A stretch of 64,000 nt of DNA from Elusimicrobiota bacterium (GTDB lineage Bacteria > Elusimicrobiota > Elusimicrobia > F11): contig JBGAON010000002.1 of the NCBI GenBank assembly GCA_044221725.1, positions 416,001-480,000 of the forward strand, in the 5' to 3' direction. Shown piece after piece: positions 48,301 through 57,233 of the stretch; position 1 is the stretch's first letter; every line of letters begins with the position of its first letter. The position numbers and the translations under genes are program-made. The notes beneath the pieces were generated by a model. The model did no database searches, was not told the DNA's origin, and saw nothing but the letters and a program-made list of their open reading frames with translations.

Positions 48301-48790
48301 ATACGTGTTCCCGCGGCAACACAAGGATCCGTATTTGTGCATCTCGGACTTCTTTCGGCCGCTCGGGTCGCCGGAGATGGACGTCATTGGGATGATGATT
48401 GTCACCATCGGTTCCGACGCGACACCACGTATTCAGGAAATTTACAAGAGCAACCAATACACGGACTATTTGTATCTGCATGGGCTTAGTGTGGAAACCG
48501 CCGAAGCGCTCGCGGAGTATTGGCACAAACGAATTCGTTTGGAGTTGGGGATAGCGAACCAGGATTCTCCGACCCCACGCGACTTGTTCCAACAGAAATA
48601 CCAAGGATCTCGCTACAGTTTTGGTTATCCCGCCTGTCCAAATCTTGAGGATCAAGTAAAAATATTTGATTTGCTTGAGCCCAATCGCATCGGCGTTGAG
48701 TTGTCCGAAGAATTTCAGCTTCATCCGGAACAATCAACGTCCGCCATCATCGTGCACCATCCCGACGCCAAGTATTTTTCCGTGGACTAA
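45305..48790 (+). CDS. metH: cobalamin-dependent methionine synthase
   Basis: DGAMGT, GLNCATGP, GGCCGTTP, IGERTNANGS, B12-binding DVHDIGKN, GLSGL, RYSFGYPACP, HPEQSTSA. Confidence 0.98.
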   Translation: MQLEQYRRILSDRIFVFDGAMGTNLQAFNPTIDDYEGKEGCTEVLCFSRPQWLKQIHADFFKAGCDIVETNSFGANRIVLGEYGLESQVLEYNREAAKIAREVAQQFSTPDHPRFVAGSMGPGTKLPSLGHTNFDTLRFNYAEQAEGLIEGGVDLLLIETSQDLLQVKAAINGCLDAMRKTKVRIPLNVQVTIESTGTMLLGSDMATAISVIECFPVDTIGLNCATGPREMSEHVRTLGQLTNRYISVLPNAGLPENVGGKAVYKLTPADLAAHLVEFIHQHGVNVVGGCCGTTPDHLAAVVQAVSKITPKQRTPKRVATVASLYMTTPIRQEPAPLIIGERTNANGSKLFRELLLANDYDSMVNVAKEQEAEGAHVLDVCTAYVGRNEIKDMDETIKRFVLQARVPLMIDSTEAPVIESALKLYGGKSIINSINLEDGEERMAKICPMLTTYGAAVVALTIDEAGMAKTKQKKVEIAKRIYDLAVKKYGVPGENIVFDTLTFTLGSGEEEFRKAGIETIEAIREIKRELPDVHTTLGVSNISFGLQSASRAVLNSVFLHYAIEAGLDSAIVNAKKIMPLFQIDEKGRELARQLVFDERKFGADGICIYDPLKEFMAYYAGAKADAGPTAKEEPKSVEENLKQRIINGNKQNIEKVLETALEKYSALDVINTILLEGMRVVGELFGAGQIQLPFVLQSAETMKAAVRYLEPHIPKVAGGTSKGKLVIATVKGDVHDIGKNLVDIILSNNGYTVINLGIKQPIDAILKAAEEHKPHAIGLSGLLVKSTAVMKENLEEMNNRNITYDVILGGAALTRKFVEVDLRDIYKGKVFYANDAFAGLRLMDELVGAVADKKLTTIRKREEILAATSKESSSLKSKPVTSTGVLIRSKVPPSLSIPKPPFWGARVVRGIDLKEVFAFMNETALLKVRWGFKRVRENSLEEYNRMMEQTVYPLYEKWKQYVLREGIFHPQVAYGYFPCQSDGDSLVIFNEDLKTERQRYVFPRQHKDPYLCISDFFRPLGSPEMDVIGMMIVTIGSDATPRIQEIYKSNQYTDYLYLHGLSVETAEALAEYWHKRIRLELGIANQDSPTPRDLFQQKYQGSRYSFGYPACPNLEDQVKIFDLLEPNRIGVELSEEFQLHPEQSTSAIIVHHPDAKYFSVD

Positions 48791-48806
48791 ATTGTAAGAT
48801 CCCGCC

Positions 48807-51494
48807 ATGCTACAGACCATTGTGCGTTTCTTCGCCGGGACGCGAAACGAACGCATCATTAAACAAATCCAACCGCTTGTTGATGAGATCAACACGCTTG
48901 AAGCGCAAATTCAGCCGCTGTCGAACGACGAACTTAAAGCGAAAACGACCGAATTTCGAAACGCGCTCGCCAACGGGAAAGCCCTCGACGAGATTCTTCC
49001 GGAGGCATTCGCCGTTGTGCGGGAAGCATCGAAGCGAACAATCGGTTTGCGGCATTTCGATGTGCAACTCATCGGTGGAATTGTCTTGCATCAAGGAAAA
49101 ATTGCCGAGATGAAAACCGGTGAAGGGAAAACGCTTGTTGCCACGCTGCCGGCCTACTTGAACGCTCTCGAAGGAAAAGGCGTGCACATTGTGACCGTGA
49201 ACGACTATCTGGCCAAGCGCGACCGTGAGTGGATGGGACCCATTTTCGAATTCCTTGGTCTGACCGTGGGTTTCATCCAACACGACATGCCGCTTCATCA
49301 GCACAAGGAAATGCATCACAAAGATATCACGTACATAACGAACAACGAATTGGGATTTGATTATCTGCGCGACAATCTTGTGCGCGTCGCCGAGCAACGT
49401 TCGCTGCGTCCGTTCAATTACGCGATCGTCGACGAAGTCGACTCCATCCTTATCGACGAAGCACGCACACCGCTGATCATTTCAGGGCAAGGGGACCCGG
49501 CCACGCAACGCTATTACGCGGCCGACAAATTGATTCCGCATTTGCAGGGCCGTTTCATCACCGAGAAAGAGGAAATTCAAGCGAAGTACACGAACACCGA
49601 TCTTTCGATCGGATACGATTTCATCGTGGATGAAAAAAATCACAGCGTCGTATTGACCGAGCAAGGGATTCAGAAATGCGAGCGAATGTTGAAGGTGCCG
49701 TCGTTGTACGACGATTTGCAAAACGAATGGGTTCACCATATTACGACGGCGCTCCGTGCGCACAATCTTTACAAGAAAGACGTTCACTATGTCGTAAAAG
49801 ACGGCGAAGTCATCATCGTTGACGAGTTTACGGGTCGCTTGATGCCGGGCCGCCGTTGGTCGGACGGTTTGCACCAAGCGGTCGAAGCAAAAGAGCACAT
49901 GCGCATCGCGGAGGAAAACCAAACGCTCGCGACGGTCACGTTCCAAAACTTCTTCCGTCAATTTAAGAAACTTTCTGGAATGACCGGCACAGCGCTCACC
50001 GAAGCCGACGAGTTCTGGCAGATCTACAAATTGGACGTTGTTGCGATTCCATCCAACAAGCCGAACATCCGTGTCGATTATGCGGACCGGATTTTCCGAA
50101 CAGAACGTGAAAAATTTAACGCGATCATCGATGAAATTGATGGGCTTTGGAAAAAGGGGCAACCGGTTCTTGTTGGTACGCGATCCATCGAAAAATCGGA
50201 AGCGCTGTCGGCGCTGCTGCGTCGCAAAGGAATCCCGCACCAGGTGTTGAACGCGAAGTACCACCAACAGGAAGCGCAAATTATTGCGCAAGCCGGACGA
50301 AAAGGTGCTGTCACGATCGCGACCAATATGGCGGGGCGCGGCACGGACATTTTGCTCGGTGGAAATCCGCAAGATGCGCAGGAAGCGGAGACGGTTCGTG
50401 TGGCCGGTGGCTTGCATGTTCTCGGCTCCGAGCGTCACGAATCACGCCGTATTGATAACCAACTGCGGGGGCGAACGGGCCGACAAGGCGATCCGGGGAG
50501 TTCGCGTTTCTATTTATCCCTTGAAGACGAACTCATGCGTTTGTTCGGTTCGGAGAGAATTTCCGCCATCATGGGAAAGCTTGGAATGGAAGAAGGGGAA
50601 GACATTCAGCATCCTTGGATCAACCGCGGCGTGGCCAACGCTCAAGCAAAAGTCGAAGCGATGAATTTCGATATTCGCAAACAGGTGCTTGATTACGACA
50701 ATGTCATGAACAAGCAGCGCGAAGCAATTTATCGGCTGCGTAACGCAATCCTCGACAAGTCGGATATGACCGAGCGCACCAAAGATATGATCCAAGAAGC
50801 GATTGAGGATCAACTTGCTGCTGTGGCGCCAAAAAATGCGGATGTGTCTCGTTGGGATTTCGAAACGTTAAAAGCATGGCTCAAAGCGGATTTTGGTATT
50901 GAATGGACGGTGCCTGTCGAAGAGATTAACGGGCGAGAAAATCTTGAAGATCGGCTCAAAGAAGCCATCCAGAAAGCCCACGACGTGCGACAGGCGGAAA
51001 TCGGAGCGGAACATTTTGCCGAATTGCAGCGCGGCGTATTTCTTTCAATTCTCGATAGCGTTTGGGTTGAACACCTCACGTACCTGGAGCAATTGCGCCG
51101 CGGCATCTTCTTGCGTGCGTACGGCCAGAAGGATCCGCTTATTGAATTTCAGAAGGAAGGTTTTCGGCTGTTTGAAACCATGATGGTTCGCGTTCGCGAA
51201 ACGTTTCTCGAATATATATTCCACATTTCTTACGCGGCGGCTGAATCGAACATGGATAATCAGGTAAGCGCGCCAATGATCACGCAGAAAGAAGAAGTTC
51301 TTGGTATGGGAACGGCCGGTGGCACCGACAAACCTTTGCCCAACGTATCGAACGGTGCACCGAGAGGTGTGGTGCCGATGCCAACGGGTTCCGCAAAAAG
51401 CGGCGCGGCGCCGATCGCCGTCGACAAAATCGGCCGCAACGATTTGTGTCCGTGCGGAAGCGGCAAGAAATATAAGAAATGTCACGGTAAATGA
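48807..51494 (+). CDS. secA: preprotein translocase ATPase SecA
   Basis: MKTGEGKT, DEVDSILIDEARTPLIISG, GRRWSDGLHQA, ATNMAGRGTDI, HESRRIDNQLRGR, SEC-C GRNDLCPCGSGKKYKKCHG. Confidence 0.98.
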   Translation: MLQTIVRFFAGTRNERIIKQIQPLVDEINTLEAQIQPLSNDELKAKTTEFRNALANGKALDEILPEAFAVVREASKRTIGLRHFDVQLIGGIVLHQGKIAEMKTGEGKTLVATLPAYLNALEGKGVHIVTVNDYLAKRDREWMGPIFEFLGLTVGFIQHDMPLHQHKEMHHKDITYITNNELGFDYLRDNLVRVAEQRSLRPFNYAIVDEVDSILIDEARTPLIISGQGDPATQRYYAADKLIPHLQGRFITEKEEIQAKYTNTDLSIGYDFIVDEKNHSVVLTEQGIQKCERMLKVPSLYDDLQNEWVHHITTALRAHNLYKKDVHYVVKDGEVIIVDEFTGRLMPGRRWSDGLHQAVEAKEHMRIAEENQTLATVTFQNFFRQFKKLSGMTGTALTEADEFWQIYKLDVVAIPSNKPNIRVDYADRIFRTEREKFNAIIDEIDGLWKKGQPVLVGTRSIEKSEALSALLRRKGIPHQVLNAKYHQQEAQIIAQAGRKGAVTIATNMAGRGTDILLGGNPQDAQEAETVRVAGGLHVLGSERHESRRIDNQLRGRTGRQGDPGSSRFYLSLEDELMRLFGSERISAIMGKLGMEEGEDIQHPWINRGVANAQAKVEAMNFDIRKQVLDYDNVMNKQREAIYRLRNAILDKSDMTERTKDMIQEAIEDQLAAVAPKNADVSRWDFETLKAWLKADFGIEWTVPVEEINGRENLEDRLKEAIQKAHDVRQAEIGAEHFAELQRGVFLSILDSVWVEHLTYLEQLRRGIFLRAYGQKDPLIEFQKEGFRLFETMMVRVRETFLEYIFHISYAAAESNMDNQVSAPMITQKEEVLGMGTAGGTDKPLPNVSNGAPRGVVPMPTGSAKSGAAPIAVDKIGRNDLCPCGSGKKYKKCHGK

Positions 51495-52909
51495 CCGAGC
51501 TGCTTGGCGCCGTGTTGAGCGGCGTGCTTTACGGATGTTCGTTTCCTAATTTCAACTTTCACATTCTCGCCTGGTTCGCTTTCGTTCCTTTCCTTACGGT
51601 TTCCACTCGGTTTCGCACAGGTTTCCTGTTTGGTTTCGTCGCAAACTTGATCATCTTTTTTTGGATTTGGAAAACTTTCCTCGCTGCTAACATTGGTGGG
51701 GTCACGACATTTTCTGTTTGGATCGCATTGGCGAGTATCCTAGCGGTCTATTTTGGTTTGTTTGGCGTCGTGTACCGAAAACTTCCAGCCAACATGGCGC
51801 GCCCCTGGTTGGCCGCCCTCGTGTGGATTTTGTTTGAGAAAGTGAGGTCGCTCGTAATCACCGGTTTCCCGTGGGCACTTTTAGCCCACACGCAAGTGGC
51901 CAATAAGCCCATTTTGCAGCTGGCGTCCATCGGAGGAGAACTATTTGTTTCTTTCGCTGTGGTCCTCGTTAATCTGACGCTCGCAGAAATCATCGCCGCC
52001 CGAAACAAAAAAAATATTGCGAATGCCGCCATCGTTGGATTTTTGTTCGGCGTTGTGTGTATTTGGGGAACGCTCCGGGTCACGTCAATTAAATCGGGCG
52101 AAAGCTTGAGCTCGTTTGTGAAAGTGGGGTTGCTGCAAGGAAACATTGATCAATATCAGAAATGGGATGCGACGTACGAGGCGGGCATTCGCGAACGTTA
52201 CGAATCGTTGGTGACCGACATTCTGCCGTCGAAACCCGATTTGGTTATTTGGCCGGAAAGTGCTGTTCCCGGTTGGTATCCCGTCCAGAAATTTTACGTG
52301 GACTGGGTGGAGGGCGTCGTAACGAAGTCGAACACGTTTCACTTGATCGGCGCCGTTACCAAACGCGACGATAAAGATTTCAATGCGGCGTTTTTTCTGA
52401 ATCCGAAGGCGGAGATCGTTGGCGAATACGATAAACAAAAACTCGTTCCGTTCGGTGAATACATTCCGTTTGGTGGATTTCTTAAACGCTGGATCCCGTA
52501 TTTGGGCCAGCTGGGAACGTTTGATTCGGGCGCCGGGCCAGTTATCTTTGATTTAAACGGCGTTAAATTTTCCGCAACGATCTGCTACGAAGCGATGTTT
52601 GGCTATCTGTTTCAACGGAAATCGACAAGCGACGTGGATGTTTTCGTGAATATCACAAACGACGGTTGGTTTTTGGACAGCGCCGCTCCGGAACAACATT
52701 ATGTCGCAAATGTTTTTCGAGCCGTAGAAACCGGACGGCCGGTCGTTCGGGCCGCCAACACCGGAATTTCCGCGGTCATCGATCCGGCCGGACGAGAACT
52801 TTTCCGAACGGCGTTGCTCGTTAAAGGAAGTAACGTGGTCGATGTGCCGATTCATCGCGAGCGCACAATTTTCTCTATGTTATACTCCAAGCTATGTCGC
52901 GCGAATTAA
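51491..52909 (+). CDS. lnt: apolipoprotein N-acyltransferase
   Basis: TM region with TGFPW; nitrilase triad in WPES, K.KLVPFGEY and ICYE; TNDGWF, RAVETGR...RAANTGIS. Confidence 0.95.
   Translation: MTELLGAVLSGVLYGCSFPNFNFHILAWFAFVPFLTVSTRFRTGFLFGFVANLIIFFWIWKTFLAANIGGVTTFSVWIALASILAVYFGLFGVVYRKLPANMARPWLAALVWILFEKVRSLVITGFPWALLAHTQVANKPILQLASIGGELFVSFAVVLVNLTLAEIIAARNKKNIANAAIVGFLFGVVCIWGTLRVTSIKSGESLSSFVKVGLLQGNIDQYQKWDATYEAGIRERYESLVTDILPSKPDLVIWPESAVPGWYPVQKFYVDWVEGVVTKSNTFHLIGAVTKRDDKDFNAAFFLNPKAEIVGEYDKQKLVPFGEYIPFGGFLKRWIPYLGQLGTFDSGAGPVIFDLNGVKFSATICYEAMFGYLFQRKSTSDVDVFVNITNDGWFLDSAAPEQHYVANVFRAVETGRPVVRAANTGISAVIDPAGRELFRTALLVKGSNVVDVPIHRERTIFSMLYSKLCRAN
52878..52886 (+). promoter_or_regulatory. 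extended -10 promoter inside lnt for prfB (leaderless)
   Basis: TGtTATACT, 7 nt before ATG 52894. Confidence 0.55.
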
Positions 52910-54022
52910 GAAATCAGATTGAAACTCTTTCCAAGAAAGTCACTGACTTGGGGAGGTTTCTTTGACCTGCCTGGAAAAAGAGATCTCGTAGCTCGCCTCG
53001 AACAAGAATCCTCAAATCCGGATTTTTGGCAAAACGCTCAGAACGCAAAACGCGTGATGCGCGACCTCACCTCGGCGAAAGAGGCGCTTAAAACGTGGAA
53101 CGATCTTTCAACGCATTTGCAGGATTTATCAACCCATCTCGATTTGGCAGAAGAAGCGGCTGATGAGAACGAAGAAAAAGAAGTGGCGAGCGGTCTTGGA
53201 AAGCTTCAACAAACGTTGTCCGATCTCGAGATTCGCGCTCTATTGAACGGTCCGCACGACAATTCCGATGCGATCATGACACTTCATTCCGGTGCCGGCG
53301 GAACCGAAGCGGCGGATTGGGCTCAAATGCTGTTCCGAATGTACACGCGCTGGGCCGAACGAAAGGGAATGCAACTGGAAGTGACCGACTTTCTTGAGGG
53401 TGACGGCGCCGGACTCAAACGCGTAATGGCTGTTATTCGCGGTCCGTACGCGTACGGACTTCTTAAAGCCGAGGCCGGGGTTCATCGGTTGGTTCGAATT
53501 TCTCCTTTTGATTCCAATGCGCGACGGCATACATCGTTTGCGGCGCTTGATGTCATTCCTGAAATCGATGACGACATTAATATTGAAGTGAAGGACGCCG
53601 ATTTGAAAATTGACACGTACCGATCCTCCGGGGCCGGCGGGCAGCACGTCAATAAAACGGAATCCGCTGTTCGAATTACCCACGTCCCGAGCGGCATTGT
53701 TGTCGCTTGTCAACAAGAACGGTCTCAAATAAAGAACCGTGAGACCGCGATGCGAATTCTCAAATCAAAACTTTTTGATCTCGAACAAGAGAAAAAACGT
53801 GCGGCGCTGGAAAAACATTACGACGAGCGCGGGCAGATTGCGTGGGGACATCAAATTCGTTCGTATGTTTTCATGCCGTATCAATTGGTTAAAGAGGAAC
53901 GTTTTGATTTTAAAACAAGCCAGGTGCAGGAAGTGTTGGACGGGGGAATCGATCCATTTATCAAAGCGTATCTCGATTGGAAGGCCACCAACAAAGATGC
54001 TACACTGCCAGCCAATTCATAG
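52894..54022 (+). CDS. prfB: peptide chain release factor 2, expressed by +1 programmed frameshift
   Basis: ORF1 52894-52965 (MSRELRNQIETLSKKVTDLGRFL-TGA), then the +1 frame DLPGKRD... with SPF tripeptide, GAGGQHVN and WG.QIRSYV. Confidence 0.97.
52951..52966 (+). promoter_or_regulatory. RF2 +1 frameshift cassette
   Basis: Internal SD GGGAGG (52951-52956), TTT, then slippery CTT-TGA-C (52960-52966). Confidence 0.95.
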
Positions 54023-54030
54023 GAGGATTC

Positions 54031-54399
54031 GTGTCCAAGATTCTGGTTGTTGACGATGAAAAAGACGTCGTTGAGCTTTTGAAATTTTTGCTTGAGAAAG
54101 ACGGGTACGCGGTGATCACCGCGCACAATGGTCGCGAAGCATTGAACGCAGCGAACGAAAGCTTACCGGATCTTATTTTATTGGACGTGATGATGCCTGA
54201 GATGGACGGGTACACCGTTCAGACGCAACTTTTGGATAATCCTAAGACGCGAGAGATTCCGATCATTATTCTTACCGCAAAAGGGCAATTGCGCGATGTC
54301 TTCGCAATGTCCGCCAACGTTAAAGCCTATATTGAAAAACCTTTCGATCCAAAAACGTTGCGATCAAAGATTTCTGAATCCCTGAAACCGAAATCTTGA
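54031..54399 (+). CDS. single-domain response regulator (CheY-like receiver)
   Basis: SD AGGAGG overlapping the prfB stop, GTG start; KILVVDD, LLDVMMP, LTAK, YIEKPF. Confidence 0.93.
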   Translation: MSKILVVDDEKDVVELLKFLLEKDGYAVITAHNGREALNAANESLPDLILLDVMMPEMDGYTVQTQLLDNPKTREIPIIILTAKGQLRDVFAMSANVKAYIEKPFDPKTLRSKISESLKPKS

Positions 54400-55919
54400 A
54401 CAAGCCCGCACCAACCTCTGCTGAAACGACGGTCGCCGTTGAGCAGCTGATTCAACAGCGCCGCGAAAAGAAAGATCGTTTGCTTTCCCAAGGAAAGACT
54501 CCTTACGGACATCGGTTCGTCCGCACGCACACACTTTTGCAGGTGGTGAACGAATTCGATTCCAAGATTCCGAAAGTGGAAGGTCAGCCGTCACCGCTCG
54601 ATAGCGCTGTTTTAAAGGTTGCCGGCCGCCTCATGACGCGTCGTGATCTCGGCAAACTTTGTTTCGCGCACATCAAAGACAATTCCGGTCAGCTTCAGTT
54701 GAAATTGAACGTCGCGGATTTGGGAGCGGAGATATACAAGGAGTTTCTCAAAGAAGTTGATTTGGGTGACATCCTTGGCATCACTGGTTCCATGTGTCGC
54801 ACGAAGACCGGCGAACTGACGCTGCAGGTACAATCATTCGAAATTTTGTCCAAATCACTGCGGCCCTGGCCCGAGAAATTTCATGGCATGACCGACGTCG
54901 AAATGCGCTCGCGCCAACGCGAATTGGACTTGGGAACAAATCAGGAAAGCAAGAATCGATTTTTGAGTCGTTCGAACATTATTCACTCGTTGCGCCGCAC
55001 GCTCGCGCAAGAACACTTTGTCGAAGTCGAAACCCCGCTTATGCAAGCGGTCCCTGGCGGAGCGGCCGCGAAACCATTTACCACGCATCACGAGGCGCTC
55101 GATACAAAGCTTTATATGCGGATCGCTCCCGAACTTTATTTGAAGCGTCTTCTCGTCGGCGGATTTGAACGGGTGTACGAAATTGGACGTGCGTTTCGAA
55201 ACGAAGGCATCGACACAAGGCACAACCCGGAGTTCACGATTCTCGAAGCGTATCAAGCGTACGGCGATGTGAACGATATGATGGATTTGGCGGAGAAACT
55301 GATTCAGGGCGCCGCAAAAGAATTGGGCGTCACCACGGTTAATTACCGAAACGAAACCTGCAACATTCAAGAACCGTTTGATCGCGCATCGCTTGTCGAT
55401 TTGTTTAAGAGATTTTTGGACCTCGATATGATCGATCTTTGCAAAACAAAGAAATGGACCGAGGCCGCGGTTTCGAAAGGATTAAAGATTCCCAAAGACG
55501 CCACCGAACGAAAAATATTCGATCTTTTGTTTGATGAACGCATTCTCGTCCATTTGAATAAGCCGACGTTTGTGCTCGACTATCCGTCAGCGTTTTCGCC
55601 ATTGGCAAAAACGAAGCCGAACGAGCCCTTGTTGGCCGATCGATTTGAACTTTTTATTGCGAAGGAAGAAGTGGCAAACGCCTACACCGAGCAGAACGAT
55701 CCCGATGAGCAGCGCCGCAAATTTGGGGAGGAGCTCGCGAAGCGCCAGTCGGGTGATGAAGAGGCCATGCCGAAGGATGAAGAATTCATTTTGGCGCTTG
55801 AGCACGGAATGCCGCCGGCCGGCGGATTGGGAATCGGGATCGACCGGCTCACCATGATTTTGACCGGATGCGCTTCCATTCGCGAAGTCATTTTATTTCC
55901 ACTACTAAAACCTCAATGA
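54396..55919 (+). CDS. lysS: lysine--tRNA ligase (class II)
   Basis: TKTGELT, LRP.PEKFHG, EVETP, PGGAAAKPF.THH, RIAPELYLKRL, FRNEG..HNPEF, GMPPAGGLG.GIDRL. Confidence 0.98.
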   Translation: MNKPAPTSAETTVAVEQLIQQRREKKDRLLSQGKTPYGHRFVRTHTLLQVVNEFDSKIPKVEGQPSPLDSAVLKVAGRLMTRRDLGKLCFAHIKDNSGQLQLKLNVADLGAEIYKEFLKEVDLGDILGITGSMCRTKTGELTLQVQSFEILSKSLRPWPEKFHGMTDVEMRSRQRELDLGTNQESKNRFLSRSNIIHSLRRTLAQEHFVEVETPLMQAVPGGAAAKPFTTHHEALDTKLYMRIAPELYLKRLLVGGFERVYEIGRAFRNEGIDTRHNPEFTILEAYQAYGDVNDMMDLAEKLIQGAAKELGVTTVNYRNETCNIQEPFDRASLVDLFKRFLDLDMIDLCKTKKWTEAAVSKGLKIPKDATERKIFDLLFDERILVHLNKPTFVLDYPSAFSPLAKTKPNEPLLADRFELFIAKEEVANAYTEQNDPDEQRRKFGEELAKRQSGDEEAMPKDEEFILALEHGMPPAGGLGIGIDRLTMILTGCASIREVILFPLLKPQ

Positions 55920-55924
55920 ACACC

Positions 55925-55995
55925 GCGATCAGCTCACAGCTTCCAGCTTTTCGGTGGAACAATGTGCTGAAAGCTGATCGCTGAGAGCTGAAAGC
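55925..55995. repeat. imperfect palindrome of tandem heptamers (GCTGANA / TNTCAGC-type)
   Basis: Left arm GCGATCA GCTCACA GCTTCCA GCTTTTC; right arm GCTGAAA GCTGATC GCTGAGA GCTGAAA GC. The arms are mutually complementary. Confidence 0.8.
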
Positions 55996-55997
55996 CA

Positions 55998-57233
55998 ATG
56001 TCCGCCGAACTTTATCTCGCTTTCCGCTATCTCACGAACCGCCGACAAGGTGCTTACGGGTGGATGATTGGCTGGCTCGCCACCGGCAGTGTGGCACTTG
56101 GTGTCGCTTCTCTTATTATCACTCTCGCTGTTATGACAGGTTTTCGTGAAGACATCCGCGAAAAAATCCTCGGCGTACAACCGCACATATTTGTGACAGG
56201 TTTTATGGGCCAGATCGATCCTGCAAGCGCCGACCTTTCAAAGGTGCTTGATACCGAACCCACGATTGCTGGATGGTCGCCCTATGTTTCTGGTCAGGTG
56301 CTGATTGGGCACGGTTCTCAGAGTTCTGGCGCAATGATGAAGGGAATTGACCCGGCGCGCGAACCCACGGTGGCGAATCTCGAAAAGAAACTGATTCACG
56401 GCAAATGGGAGCATCTTTCGCTGGGGATAACGAAGGAATCGAAGCCCCGTATTTTTCTCGGCGCGGAACTCGCGCGCAACATTGGCACGAAAGTAGGAGA
56501 AACGGTCTGGGTGATTACGCCCGGTTCTATTGGGCTGACCGCATTGTCCATTCCTCAGGCCCATTTGTTCCTCGTTGCAGGTATTGTTCAGTCGGGGCTC
56601 TACGATTACGATTCGTCGCTTGCTTACATCGATCTAAAGCCGGCTCAATCTCTTTTTGACATGGGCAACATGATTTCCGGTGTCGGTCTCCGACTCAAAA
56701 ATGTTGAAGACGCTGACGCCGTGGCACGCACTCTGCAACGTCGGTTTGAAGGCGCTTACTGGGTTCAATCGTGGTTGTCCCGAAATCGAAATCTGTTTTC
56801 CGCTCTTAAACTCGAAAAGACCGTGATGTTCATTATCCTCACGCTGGTAACCTTGGTCGCCTCGGTAATGATTGTGAGCAACCTATTACTTTCCATTACA
56901 CAAAAGATCAAAGAGATTGGAATTCTTCGGGCGATGGGCGCCACCAAAGCTACCATCCACCGGATTTTTTTATTCCAGGGAATCATCATGGGCGTGGCCG
57001 GAACGTTGATTGGTACCGTTTTGGGTATAGGGATCTCCGTTCTTTTGGCGCGCACCAATCTAATTCAACTTCCGGCGGACGTGTACTACATCGATAAGTT
57101 ACCTGTCCGCCTTGATCCGATCGATATCATCACGGTCGTTTTTGCCGCGGTGGTTATTGTTCTGCTGGCCACGCTCTATCCAGCTCGACGCGCTGCGGAG
57201 CTCGACCCCTTGGATGCAATTCGATATGGCTAG
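55998..57233 (+). CDS. lipoprotein-releasing ABC transporter permease LolC/E
   Basis: LAFRYL, GVASLI..LAVMTGF, G.YDYD, N.NLF.ALKLEK..MF, KEIGILRAMGA, YPARRAA.LDP..AIRY. Confidence 0.93.
   Translation: MSAELYLAFRYLTNRRQGAYGWMIGWLATGSVALGVASLIITLAVMTGFREDIREKILGVQPHIFVTGFMGQIDPASADLSKVLDTEPTIAGWSPYVSGQVLIGHGSQSSGAMMKGIDPAREPTVANLEKKLIHGKWEHLSLGITKESKPRIFLGAELARNIGTKVGETVWVITPGSIGLTALSIPQAHLFLVAGIVQSGLYDYDSSLAYIDLKPAQSLFDMGNMISGVGLRLKNVEDADAVARTLQRRFEGAYWVQSWLSRNRNLFSALKLEKTVMFIILTLVTLVASVMIVSNLLLSITQKIKEIGILRAMGATKATIHRIFLFQGIIMGVAGTLIGTVLGIGISVLLARTNLIQLPADVYYIDKLPVRLDPIDIITVVFAAVVIVLLATLYPARRAAELDPLDAIRYG

Noticed and set aside
49482..50438. Long antisense or alternate-frame ORFs (e.g. 49482-50438, 6644-7366, 9306-9992, 26944-27702, 28239-29045, 37819-38643)
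   Set aside because: They shadow well-supported genes, show no motifs, and are expected from codon bias.
52919..52962. TTG start MKLFPRKSLTWGGFF for prfB from the ORF track
   Set aside because: Artefact of the programmed frameshift; the real start is ATG 52894 in the other frame.
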